From Dehalococcoidia bacterium (lineage in GTDB: Bacteria; Chloroflexota; Dehalococcoidia; UBA2979): a stretch of DNA of 64,000 nt. This document shows, one piece after another, positions 49,557 to 59,275 of this stretch (position 1 is its first letter; each line of letters opens with the position of its first letter). The stretch spans positions 1,408,001 through 1,472,000 of the forward strand of contig OZ253555.1 in assembly GCA_965262725.1 (NCBI GenBank), given 5' to 3'. The notes beneath the pieces are model-generated. The model did no database searches. It was given only the letters and a program-made list of their open reading frames with translations, and was not told the DNA's origin. The translations under genes and the position numbers were made by a program.

Positions 49557-49613
49557 TTGATGATTAGTCGAGTAAACTGCTCTTATGCTACGGGTTGCTC
49601 GTCTGATTATCAA
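49557..49613. promoter_or_regulatory. Imperfect 19-bp inverted repeat upstream of abiEi (putative operator)
   Basis: TTGATGATTAGTCGAGTAA ... TTGCTCGTCTGATTATCAA, 15/19 matches by eye. Confidence 0.55.
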
Positions 49614-49690
49614 CAATCGACGCAGTCGACGGCCGGTGGGAGCGGTGCCTACAGGCGCACCAGGCGGTCGGCCCCGCCAGCAGGAATCGT

Positions 49691-50202
49691 GGCCACGTCC
49701 CGCAAGGTGGTGTCGCAGTGCATCATCCTTATCATTTGTTAGCCGGCAGCCTGCAGCAGCACCTCCTTGCCTGACGTGAGCTCACTCCCCGGCGGGGAGA
49801 GCAGCGTCATCATCGTCATGTAGCGCCGCCCCACGGCCCACTCGTCGTGCTGCTCGGAGAGCACCGCACCGATGAGCCGGATGACCGCTGAGCGGTTGGG
49901 GAAGATGCCGACCACGTTGGTGCGCCGGCGGATCTCCTTGTTGAGCCGCTCCTGGGGGTTGTTCGACCAGATCTGCCGCCAGTGCGTGACCGGGAAGGCC
50001 GTGAACGCCAGGATCTCCTCCGCGGCGTCGGCGAGCATCGCCGCGGCCTCGGGGAAGCGCGCACCGAGCTGCTCCACGACCCGTGCGTGCTGGGCGTGCA
50101 CCTCGGAGGCCGAGGGCTGCTGGTAGATGGTGCGCACGGTCGTCGCCACCAGCGCCTCGGCGCTCTTCGGCACGCGCGTGAGCAGGTTCCGCATGAAGTG
50201 GG
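49691..50202 (-). mobile_element. 3' half of a second, slightly diverged IS256 copy
   Basis: HFMRNLLTRVPKS...VLLQAAG plus a right TIR; homology stops at 50202. Confidence 0.88.
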
Positions 50203-50320
50203 GTGCGCCAGGCTAACTGGTGCTTGGGCAGGAGGTGCAAGTCCTCTACGGCGAAGGAGCAAGCCACTCCACGCGGTTCCGCGAGCCGTGCGCGACTCGT
50301 CGCGAGGCGTGTTCCGATCG
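50203..50320 (+). ncRNA. 5' fragment of a third, different group II intron (C)
   Basis: GTGCGCCAGGCTAACTGGTGC...GGAGGTGCAAGTCCTC starts exactly at the IS256 breakpoint; no DV/DVI. End approximate. Confidence 0.7.
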
Positions 50321-50341
50321 TTCTAATACCCGACCAGTGAT

Positions 50342-51760
50342 TGTCGACGGTCAGCGATTCTGTCCTCGTAACGCGTCAGCGACTCTGTCAGTGTCGCCCT
50401 GGCCGTCAGAGGATGCCGCGGCGCCGTTGCGGCGTCCAGGCACGCCGTTAGCCAGGACGTAGTTGTGGACGGTGTCGCGGGCGATCCCGAGCAGCCTGGC
50501 GGTCGCCCGCATCGAGAGCCCTTGCAGCTGCGCCTGCTGAATCGCCTTCCAGCGGGCGAGCTGCCGGGGGGTCGGAGCAGAGAGTTGCTTGCCGTTGGTC
50601 TCCGGCCTGACCGCAGCGCCGTTGCCGGCCGCAACCGCCGACGGGGCGACGGGGGGCGCACTGAGCCGCCGAGGCGCGCCGCCGGAGCCGAGCCCTGAGG
50701 CGATGCGCTCGTGGTCGGGGCGGAGAGCCAGCTCGGAGCGAGCCTCCCGCAGCATCCCCGCGCGCGGCGGTGCCGGGCGAGAGGGGATCGTCTCGCCTAC
50801 GTGCTGGACGGAGAGCTCGCCGCCCGGCCGTTCCACGACCTCGACCCGTGTCCCAGCGTAGCTGGTGCGCTCGGGACCCGGCAGCAGCTGCAGCGTGCGC
50901 CAGCGGTACTTGACTGTGTTGTCGCGGGCGACGGTGCGGGGGTTCCGAAAGCTGAGGATGGAGGCGAGGGGGAGCGCGGGGTCGAGCGGGCGGTAGGCCT
51001 GCTCGGGTTGCGCCGCCGGGACCCGGAAGCGGGCGTCGAAGCGCGGCAGGAAGCGCTCGAGCACGGCCTGCGCCTCGGGGATGGTGGAGGCTGAGGCGTG
51101 GCGCAGCTCGGTCACCAGCCGGTCCTGAAACGTACCTGCGGCACGTTCCACGCGCCCCTTCGCCTGGGGTGATCGCGCGAAGATCTGGCGTATCCCGAGT
51201 TCGCCCATCGCCCGCGCGAACTGGGTCGAGGCCTTGAGCCCACGCCGCCCGCCGGGACCGGCCAGGAAGACGCCGTGGCGGTCGCTGTACAGGGCAAGCG
51301 GGATGCCGCAGCGCCGGACGATCTCCTCCAGCAGCAGGAAGTAGCCACGGGCGTCCTCGGCCGGGCGGAAGAGCGCGTGCACGGCTGAGCCGGTCGCATC
51401 GTCGACGGCGAGCAGCAGGGCGAAGCGGGGGCCTCGTTCCTCGAGCCAGGCGTGATGGCTGCCGTCCACCTGGAGCAGCATCCCCTCGCGGGGCATCCGC
51501 TCACGCCGGACGCGGTGCTCGGGCGGCCGGCGGCGTCGGGGACTGGGGATGCCGGCCTTCGCCAGGATCCGGCGGACGGACGAGCTGCTCACCTCCAGAC
51601 CCTCGTGCTCCCAGAGCAGCTCGGCGAGGTGGGTGTGGTTCGCTCCCGTGTAGCCGCTGGTGGCGAAGCGCACCACGGCGGAGGCGACGGCGACCGGGAC
51701 AGCGTTGTGGGGGCGACGGCCGCGGTTGCCGTGCCCCAGCGCCGAGGAGTGCGTTGCCCC
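50342..51760 (-). mobile_element. IS1202/ISNCY-like element, 5'-truncated transposase
   Basis: MLLQVDGSHH, DDATG, YSDRH, SPQAKGRVER; terminal TGT with repeated GTCAGCGA.TCTGTC sites; N-terminus lost. Confidence 0.75.
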
Positions 51761-51821
51761 TGTTGAGGCGACTATGCTGTCAGGCGGATGTCTCGGATGG
51801 CGACGGGAGCGAGCGCCTCGA

Positions 51822-52976
51822 ATGCTGGACGATCGCCTCACCAGCGCGCGCTACCGCAACTTCATGAGCTTCTCTGACGAAGAAGTGAAGCTCGACGACC
51901 TCACGGTGCTCGTCGGTCAGAACGGCGCTGGCAAGAGCAACTTTGTCGAGGGTCTCCGCTTCTTGCGTGATGCTCTGGGCGGGTTGGATGCCGCGATGCT
52001 TAGCCGTGGCGGAATCGCCAACGTGCGAAGGAAGGTCTCGTACGGTGGACGTCCGTCAGATGTGGAGATCGAAGTTCAAGCCGTTGTTGGAGGGTCGCGG
52101 TTCTTGTACGGCGTGACGATCGGAGCCGTTGCGGGAGGCGGCTGGCGTCTCAAACGTGAGGAATGCAAAGGCGAGTCCAACGAAGGATCGTTCGGCTTCT
52201 CGAGGGTGGGCGAGCGCTTGCGCTTCTCGGGCCTGCCCGATCACGGCGATACCTCGAGAAGGATTGGAGTTGCGCCGGACGACCGTTTGGCTCTGCCAAT
52301 GGTTGGTGTGCCATTTCGCAGCCTCGCCAGCTTCCTTCGCCGTGTCGGAGCGTACAGCATCTACCCCGATGCCCTGCGACAGCCGCAGCCTCTCACTCAA
52401 CCGTTGAGACTTGATGATGGTGGCGAGCAGCTCGCATCAGTGCTGCGGAGGCTTCGGAAGCGGAAGGGCAACCCGGCCGCGGTCCGCATCCGCGAGGCCC
52501 TCGCCGACCTAGTACCCGGCGCGACCAACTTCCGCGTGACGGAGCCCGGCAGTTATCTCGTGGTGAGTGTCTCAATGGAGCGCAACGGGAAAGAGATGTG
52601 GTTCGACGCGGCTCAACTGTCGGACGGAACGCTGCGGCTGCTTGGCATTTTGACTGCCCTACACCAGGCACCGGCTCCCTCGCTCGTCGCTATTGAGGAG
52701 CCGGAACTGACGGTTCACCCGGGTGCAGCTGCTGTACTCACGGACGAACTGGTCGATGCCGCACATCGTATGCAAGTCATCTTCACAACGCACTCACCCG
52801 ACATCGTCGCTCGCATGCCTCTAGGATCACTGCGAGTTGTCGAGGCGACTGCGGAAGGAACTAGGGTCGGTGCAGTCTCTGCGGAGCAGATGGATGTCGT
52901 CAACGAGAAGCTGTTCTCGGCCGGCGATCTGATACGGATTCAGGGGTTGCGCCGCGAACTCAAGACGACCGGTTAG
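51822..52976 (+). CDS. ABC/AAA_21-type ATPase
   Basis: RNFMSF, GQNGAGKSN, LSDGTLR, IEEPE, TTHS; start MLDDR at 51822. Confidence 0.9.
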   Translation: MLDDRLTSARYRNFMSFSDEEVKLDDLTVLVGQNGAGKSNFVEGLRFLRDALGGLDAAMLSRGGIANVRRKVSYGGRPSDVEIEVQAVVGGSRFLYGVTIGAVAGGGWRLKREECKGESNEGSFGFSRVGERLRFSGLPDHGDTSRRIGVAPDDRLALPMVGVPFRSLASFLRRVGAYSIYPDALRQPQPLTQPLRLDDGGEQLASVLRRLRKRKGNPAAVRIREALADLVPGATNFRVTEPGSYLVVSVSMERNGKEMWFDAAQLSDGTLRLLGILTALHQAPAPSLVAIEEPELTVHPGAAAVLTDELVDAAHRMQVIFTTHSPDIVARMPLGSLRVVEATAEGTRVGAVSAEQMDVVNEKLFSAGDLIRIQGLRRELKTTG

Positions 52977-52987
52977 CCGGGTTTCGG

Positions 52988-53608
52988 GTGCCTCTAGTCG
53001 GTGTTGTCTGCGAAGGCGACGGTGACGAAGAAGCGCTTCGCGTACTGCTATACAGGATCGCGGCGACCGAGAATCTGCCACTCGTGCCCGGCGAGGTGCT
53101 ACCAGCACGCGGGCGGGGCAACCTCACAACGCCGGGCGGTATCGAGAAGTACTTTCGCCTTGTCGCGACCGGGCACGTCGCCGTGTTGATCGTGCTCGAT
53201 GCCGATCGAGACTGCCCCGTCCAGCTCGCACGCGGCCTCGCCCGCCGAATTCGCGCGCTCCGTCCGTCAATTGCCGTGGGGATCACCGCAGCCAATGCCG
53301 CCTTCGAGGCGTGGTTCCTTGCGGACCTTAGTTCGATTGCGGGCCAGACCGTGAAGGGCCGGATACTGATCCCGGATTTGGGCGAGCCACCGGCCGACCC
53401 CGACGGCGTCCACAATCCGAAGGCGAGGCTAATCGCTTTGACGGCAGCCGCGACGACTTACAAGGAAACCAGCGACCAGCCCTCACTCGCGTCGATGATC
53501 GACCCGGATGTGGTCGCCGAGCGCTCACGATCGTTCCGCCGGCTCGTCGGCGCGCTCCGCGGTCTAGCGGACGCCGTTGCCACCGGCCGCGTGGACGTCA
53601 CACCCTAG
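52988..53608 (+). CDS. DUF4276-like TOPRIM-fold protein
   Basis: VCEGDGDEEAL, LDAD, FEAWFLAD, NPK, SRSFRRL. Confidence 0.8.
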   Translation: MPLVGVVCEGDGDEEALRVLLYRIAATENLPLVPGEVLPARGRGNLTTPGGIEKYFRLVATGHVAVLIVLDADRDCPVQLARGLARRIRALRPSIAVGITAANAAFEAWFLADLSSIAGQTVKGRILIPDLGEPPADPDGVHNPKARLIALTAAATTYKETSDQPSLASMIDPDVVAERSRSFRRLVGALRGLADAVATGRVDVTP

Positions 53609-54012
53609 CCGCGACGGACTGACTGGGCGCAGGCAAACATAGGTCCAATGCGAGAAGGCGCTCGAGTCGCTTGCAAACTGTTTGGCGGTGAGTCAAGCAC
53701 GTGGCCTGCGGGTTCGATAGAACTAGCTCAGCGTTAGGCTACGATTCTGCAATGCGCGATAGACCAGGCTGTATTCTCTCACGCTAGGCATGCAGGTGTA
53801 CGGAGAGCTGAAGCGAGATATCTTTGGTACTCAGAGGGCGGCGACATGATCGGCGGCCCGGCTCCCTAGTCCGCGGCGATCGAGTGCGAGTGTCGTCAGT
53901 CCCGTACCCCGGCGGGTTGGTGCGACGCGCTGCTGCTGTCGCCGGCGTCTCGGGCGCTGCGGGTCCCGTCGCCCGGCACGCCGGCTCGCGGGGGGCAGTG
54001 AGCGGTCGAGCG

Positions 54013-55208
54013 ATGCTTGTACTCTTCCCGGACACGAATCTCTTCATCCAGTGCCGCGCCCTGGAGGAGCTCGACTGATCGGTCTGGTCGGCCTTCTCCG
54101 AGGTCGACGTCATCGTGAGCCGACCCGTGCAGCGCGAGATCGACAGTCAGAAGAACCGCGGCAACGACCGCGTCGGGCGTCGCGCACGCAAAGCCAACCA
54201 GCTGTTCCGGCGCATGCTCGAGTCCGAGGAGGGCCGCACGGTGGTTCGGGAGTCGGCTCCACGCGTCACTTTGTCCCTAGCGGGACCGGGCAGGCCGAGC
54301 GCGGCGGCGAGCGACATCCTCGACTACAGCAAGCCCGACGACGAGATTGTCGGCCACATCTGCGAGTACCGGGAGCGGCATCCCGCATGAGACGCGAGGC
54401 TCCTCACGGGCGATTCCGGGCAGATGATGACGGCGAAGGCCCTTGATGTTCCGTACGTCCCGATCCCCGACACGTGGCGCCTCGACCCCGAACCCTGCGA
54501 GGCGGAGAAGGAGAACCGGCGCCTCCGAGCCAGAATCGCGGAACTGGAGGCCGGTCCTCAGGTCGAGGTTGCGTTCGTGGACGACGCCGGCGACGTGATC
54601 GCGGAGAGGGGGATCCTGGTGGGGCTCCATCACGAGCTACACGTGGCTTCCGGAGGCATCCCGTTCACGGTGAGGGCGCGGAACGGAGGTACCCGGCCCG
54701 CCAGGCACACGCTGATCGAGTTCCTTGCACGGGGCCATCTCTCGGTGCGCTCCGACTGGAAGGACATCGAGAGTGCCGAGGCCGAACTCATCGAGCCGAC
54801 CCTCTCTCTTCCGTCTCCGCCGGCGTTTGAACTGGGCCTGAGCTCGCTTGCGGCGAGTCTCTGGCCGTCACGCTCGGGCGGCGACAACTACCCCGCGATC
54901 CCGATGCGTTCTACCACCGGGACGGGCGGCCGCGGAGGCGCGTGACGTCATACGCCCTCGAGTGCGAGCAATGGCGCCACCATGCGGGCACGGAGCACAT
55001 CCGCGGCGAGGTGTTCCTCGGGACGGGCGGCGGGGACATCGATGGGACGGTTGCGTGCGTCGTTCACGCCGACAATCTGCCCGCGCCGGTCAGGGCGGTC
55101 GCGGCGGTCCGCGTCACCGTTGAGCCTCTCACCGCTCTCGATCGGGCGCGCGCGATGGTCCTTGAGGTCGCCGAGCGCGACGATCTCGCTCCCGGCCGCC
55201 GCCGGTGA
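54013..55208 (+). pseudogene. PIN-domain protein pseudogene
   Basis: FPDTNLF, REID, PDDEI, LLTGD in one frame with TGA stops at 54076 and 54388, then a frameshift near 54900. Confidence 0.75.
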
Positions 55209-55403
55209 GGCGCGCGGCGAGCGCGTTGCGCGTGCGAGGCGATGAGGGCCGATGCTGCGCCCGTGGCGCTCTAAAGAGCACCGAATCCGTCGCCTCGTCG
55301 ACCAGCGGTACGCTCCATCGCCCTCCGGCGAAGAAGCGCCCGTTGTTGAACACTTGGATTCCGGCCGGAATGTCGATGACCCAGGGGAGGTCCGCCCCCT
55401 CGT

Positions 55404-55513
55404 CTGGAAGGCCTCTGGTGCGCTTGCCGTCATCCACCTTACGCATCAGCGATCAGGCCGCATTCCCCATCAGAGGCTGGCGCACCGATCAGTGCCGGTG
55501 GCAACACCCCCGA
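55404..55513 (-). ncRNA. Orphan homologue of the IS110 bridge-RNA region
   Basis: Aligns by eye to ~30994-31108 with a compensatory stem change; no recombinase ORF follows. Confidence 0.65.
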
Positions 55514-55573
55514 CTGCTTTCGCGCACGGGCGGGCGCTCCACTACGATCACGTTCGATCTCTGGAGGGACAGC

Positions 55574-58507
55574 GTGACCACGGTCCCCGACACGTCGGCT
55601 TCGGCGTTTGCCGCGAAATGGCGAGACAACGCCTGGCGTGAGCGCGCCTCCTCGCAGGAGCACTTCATCGACCTCTGCCGGCTGCTCGGCGCGCCGACAC
55701 CCAACGAGGCCGACCCCGGTGGCGAGTGGTACAGTTTCGAGGCACGGGCGGAGCGCACGAGCACCGGCGGCACGGGCGCCGCCGATGTCTGGAAGCGCGG
55801 CGTCTTCGGCTGGGAGTACAAGGGCGCCCACGCCGACCTCGGCGCTGCCTACCGCCAGCTCCTCGACTACCGCGAGGCGATCGAGAACCCGCCTCTTCTC
55901 GTCGTCAGCGACATGGACCGCATCGAGGTCCACACCAACTTCACCGGCACGCGCCCCGTCGTCCACGCCGCCACCCTCGAGGATCTTGCCGAGGGCGGGG
56001 AGCGCACGTCGCGTGCGCTGCGCGTGCTGCGCGCCGTCATGGAGGACCCCGAGGCTCTGCGGCCGGAGCAGACGCCGGACGAGGTCACGAAGCTCGCCGC
56101 TTCGCGCTTCGCCGTCATCGCGCGCTCGATGCAGGAGCGCGGACACGAGCCGCAGGCCGTGGCGCACTTCCTCAACCGCGTGCTGTTCTGCCTCTTCGCC
56201 GAGGACGTCGGGCTGCTTCCGCGGGACCTGATGACCGACTTGATCCGCTCGCGTGCCCGCGAGCCGGAGGCGTTCACGGCAGGTCTCGCCGAGCTGTTCC
56301 GGCTGATGTCCGAGGCGGGCGGCTGGTTCGGCACGCAGCGCATCGAGTGGTTCAACGGCGGGTTGTTTGACGACGCGGCGGCGCTCGGCTTCACGCGCGA
56401 TGAGCTGCGTGCCGTCGCCGAGGCGTCCGAACTGGACTGGTCGCAGGTGGAGCCGGCGATCCTCGGCACACTCTTCGAGCGCGGGCTGGACCCGGCCAAG
56501 CGCGGTCAGCTGGGGGCGCACTACACGGACCGCGAGAAGATCATGATGGTCGTCGAGCCGGTGGCGCTGACGCCGCTGCGCCGTGAGTTCGCGGAGATGC
56601 GGGAGCGAGTTGCGGCGCTGGCCGCGGGCCAGGAGTTGAGCCCGCCCACCCGCGCGGGTCGTCGCCGTGCGAGGCAGGCGTTGCAGCGTTGGGAGCGCGA
56701 CGCCGAGGACGAGTGGCGCGCGATTCTGGAGCGGCTGCGCGCGGTGCGCGTGCTCGATCCGGCCTGCGGAAGCGGCAACTTCCTCTACGTCACGCTACGC
56801 CAGCTCAAGGACCTGGAGCACGCGGCGATTCGCTGGGGCGCCGAGCGGCTGCGTATCACGGGCGAGTTCCCGCAGACCGGCCCGCACAACATGCTGGGCA
56901 TCGAGATCAACCCGTACGCACGCGAGCTGGCGGGCGTCTCGATCTGGATCGGGCACATTCAGTGGATGCTCGACCACGGCTACGGCTTCCCGCGCGACCC
57001 GGTGCTGCGACCGCTCGACAACATCGAGTTGCGCGACGCGATCCTCGCGCGCGACGCCGAGGGCGCCCCGGTCCCGGCCTCCTGGCCCGCGGCGGAGTTC
57101 ATCGTCGGCAACCCGCCGTTTCTGGGCTTGCGGCGCTTGCGGGAGTCGTTGGGCGACCAGTACGTCGACGACTTGTACGAATCATGGTCGGGTGAGGTAG
57201 CCCGTGAGTCAGACCTTGTCTGCTACTGGCACGAGATGGCTCGCCGCCAGATCGCTGCGGGAACGACCAAGCGGGCGGGGCTCTTGGCGACGAACTCTAT
57301 CCGTGGAGGCCCGAACCGGCGCACACTTGCACGAATCAACGGCAGCGGAGCCATCTTCATGGCGTGGTCGGACGAGCCGTGGACCGTGGACGGCGCTGCC
57401 GTCCGCGTGTCCGTCGTGGCTCAGGATGACGGAACAGAGATCGAGCGGCACCTCGACGGTGAGCCCGTGGGCGCCATTCACAATGACCTCACCGGCGATG
57501 TTGACCTCACCGGAGCGCGACGACTCCCCGAGAACAATGGCGTCTCGTTTCAGGGCGACATCATGGTTGGGCCGTTTGATATCGCTGGCGAACTCGCTCG
57601 CGAGATGTTGCGCGCGCCGACGAACATCAACGGACGCACGAACGCCGACGTGGTGGTGCCGTGGGTGGTCGGCATCGATGTCGTGCGCCGCCCGCGGGAC
57701 ATGTTCGTGATTGACTTTGGTACTGAGATGACCGAGGAGGAAGCGGCAGCGTATGAAATGCCCTTCGCCTACATTGAGGAGCACATCCGGCCCGCGCGCT
57801 TGAATAACCGGATGAAGCGCCGCCGGGAGCAATGGTGGTTGCATGGGAGCCCCGCAGCCGAGATGCGTGCGTCACTGGCTCCGCTGGATCGGTTCGCTGC
57901 CACACTCAAGGTGGGGAAGCACCGGGTGTTCGTGTGGCTGTCCGCGCCTCAGCTCCCCTCGCAGCAACTCATCGTCGTTGCTCGCTCGGATGACTACGCG
58001 TTTGGCGTCCTCCACTCGCGGGCGCACGAGCTATGGGCTCTGCGTACCGGAACGTGGATGGGCGTCGGGAATGACCCGCAATACACACCGACCTCGGCAT
58101 TCGAGACCTTCCCCTTCCCGTGGCCGCTCGACACGCCAGACGAGGCTCTGACGGCGCAGCAGCGAGGGCATCGCGACGCGATCGGCGCCGCGGCACGGGC
58201 GCTCGACGAGGCACGGCGGCTCTGGCTCAACCCGCCGGAGTGGGTGCGCGAGGAATCGGACGTGCTGCCCTCGCTGCCCCCGCGCTTGCTCCCCGTCGAC
58301 GAGGCCGCCGAGCGCGAGCTGCGCAAGCGCACGCTCACCAACCTCTACAACACGCGCCCGGCCTGGCTCTCCCATTTCCACGCGGCCCTCGACACGGCCG
58401 TCTTCGCTGCCTACGGTTGGCCAGAGGCGGGCGCGCCAGAGGACCTGGGTGACGAAGAGATGCTGGAGCGTCTCGTGGAGTTGAACCTCGGGCGCGCGGG
58501 CCTGTGA
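55574..58507 (+). CDS. MmeI/YeeA-like type IIG/IIL restriction-modification protein (N6-adenine MTase)
   Basis: ADVWKRGVFGWEYKG (PD-D/ExK), GAHYT, DPACGSGNFL, GNPPF, C-terminal TRD; GGAGGG RBS before GTG 55574. Confidence 0.9.
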   Translation: MTTVPDTSASAFAAKWRDNAWRERASSQEHFIDLCRLLGAPTPNEADPGGEWYSFEARAERTSTGGTGAADVWKRGVFGWEYKGAHADLGAAYRQLLDYREAIENPPLLVVSDMDRIEVHTNFTGTRPVVHAATLEDLAEGGERTSRALRVLRAVMEDPEALRPEQTPDEVTKLAASRFAVIARSMQERGHEPQAVAHFLNRVLFCLFAEDVGLLPRDLMTDLIRSRAREPEAFTAGLAELFRLMSEAGGWFGTQRIEWFNGGLFDDAAALGFTRDELRAVAEASELDWSQVEPAILGTLFERGLDPAKRGQLGAHYTDREKIMMVVEPVALTPLRREFAEMRERVAALAAGQELSPPTRAGRRRARQALQRWERDAEDEWRAILERLRAVRVLDPACGSGNFLYVTLRQLKDLEHAAIRWGAERLRITGEFPQTGPHNMLGIEINPYARELAGVSIWIGHIQWMLDHGYGFPRDPVLRPLDNIELRDAILARDAEGAPVPASWPAAEFIVGNPPFLGLRRLRESLGDQYVDDLYESWSGEVARESDLVCYWHEMARRQIAAGTTKRAGLLATNSIRGGPNRRTLARINGSGAIFMAWSDEPWTVDGAAVRVSVVAQDDGTEIERHLDGEPVGAIHNDLTGDVDLTGARRLPENNGVSFQGDIMVGPFDIAGELAREMLRAPTNINGRTNADVVVPWVVGIDVVRRPRDMFVIDFGTEMTEEEAAAYEMPFAYIEEHIRPARLNNRMKRRREQWWLHGSPAAEMRASLAPLDRFAATLKVGKHRVFVWLSAPQLPSQQLIVVARSDDYAFGVLHSRAHELWALRTGTWMGVGNDPQYTPTSAFETFPFPWPLDTPDEALTAQQRGHRDAIGAAARALDEARRLWLNPPEWVREESDVLPSLPPRLLPVDEAAERELRKRTLTNLYNTRPAWLSHFHAALDTAVFAAYGWPEAGAPEDLGDEEMLERLVELNLGRAGL

Positions 58508-58773
58508 TGGAGTGCCCGGGTGCCGGCACCCAAGTCGGATGCCGCAACACCTGCGAGACATGACACGGGCTGACAGACGGCACCATCGCGCGCGGGCGCA
58601 GCCCTGGGTCGAAGCGCGGTCAGGTTGTCGGCCGTGGTCCGGCGATTCCTGACGACCAACCCGACCACGGCGAAGACGAGTAGTCGCAGCCGCATGGTCC
58701 GCCCGGCGAGCATTCGGCCCGCCAACCGAAGGCCTACCGTCAGTCGAGGCGAGCGCGCGGCGATGCGGAGGGG

Positions 58774-59230
58774 GTGGCCGTGTGTGGTCCGCTGCTCGCC
58801 GTCGCCGGTGCGCTCCTCTCCTGGCTGCTTGCCTGGCCCGCCCACGCGGAGCAGGCATCGGATCCGCTCGCCGCCCTCACCCGGGCCGGCGCTCCTCTCG
58901 TCGCTGTCAACAGCGTTCGGATAGTGATCCAGGTCAGCGGCCGGATGGTGGTCCACTCCGGCGCCACCCCGCCGGCGAGGCCGATGGCGGCTTCCGCCAC
59001 GACCCCGCCCACCGCAGAGCCGGGCGCCGCCCCCGCAATCGGCATTCCCGGGATCCCGAGCCCCTCCGACCTCTGAGCGGCCTCGACCCGCGCGAGTGGG
59101 CGGTTGCGATCCTCGACGGCGTCGTGAGCGCGCTCGGGCGGGAGCTGCTCGGGGCGATGCGCGGCTTATCGACTGGGTGCTGGGCTTCGGCTACTCGTGG
59201 CTCAACTTCGTCACGCGCACGGTGAGGAAC
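58774..59230 (+). pseudogene. Frameshifted fragment of an exported/membrane protein (possibly conjugation-related)
   Basis: Signal-like LLAVAGALLSWLLAWPAHA, continuing through frameshifts (LDPREWAVAILDG, DWVLGFG). Confidence 0.3.
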
Positions 59231-59275
59231 CGGCGCTGGCGCGCGCGAGGCATCTGATAGGATGATGCGAGGCCA

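Noticed and set aside
54013-54945. TGA recoding in the PIN gene (two in-frame TGAs)
   Set aside because: A frameshift also follows, and many intact genes in the window end in TGA; simple pseudogenisation is more likely.
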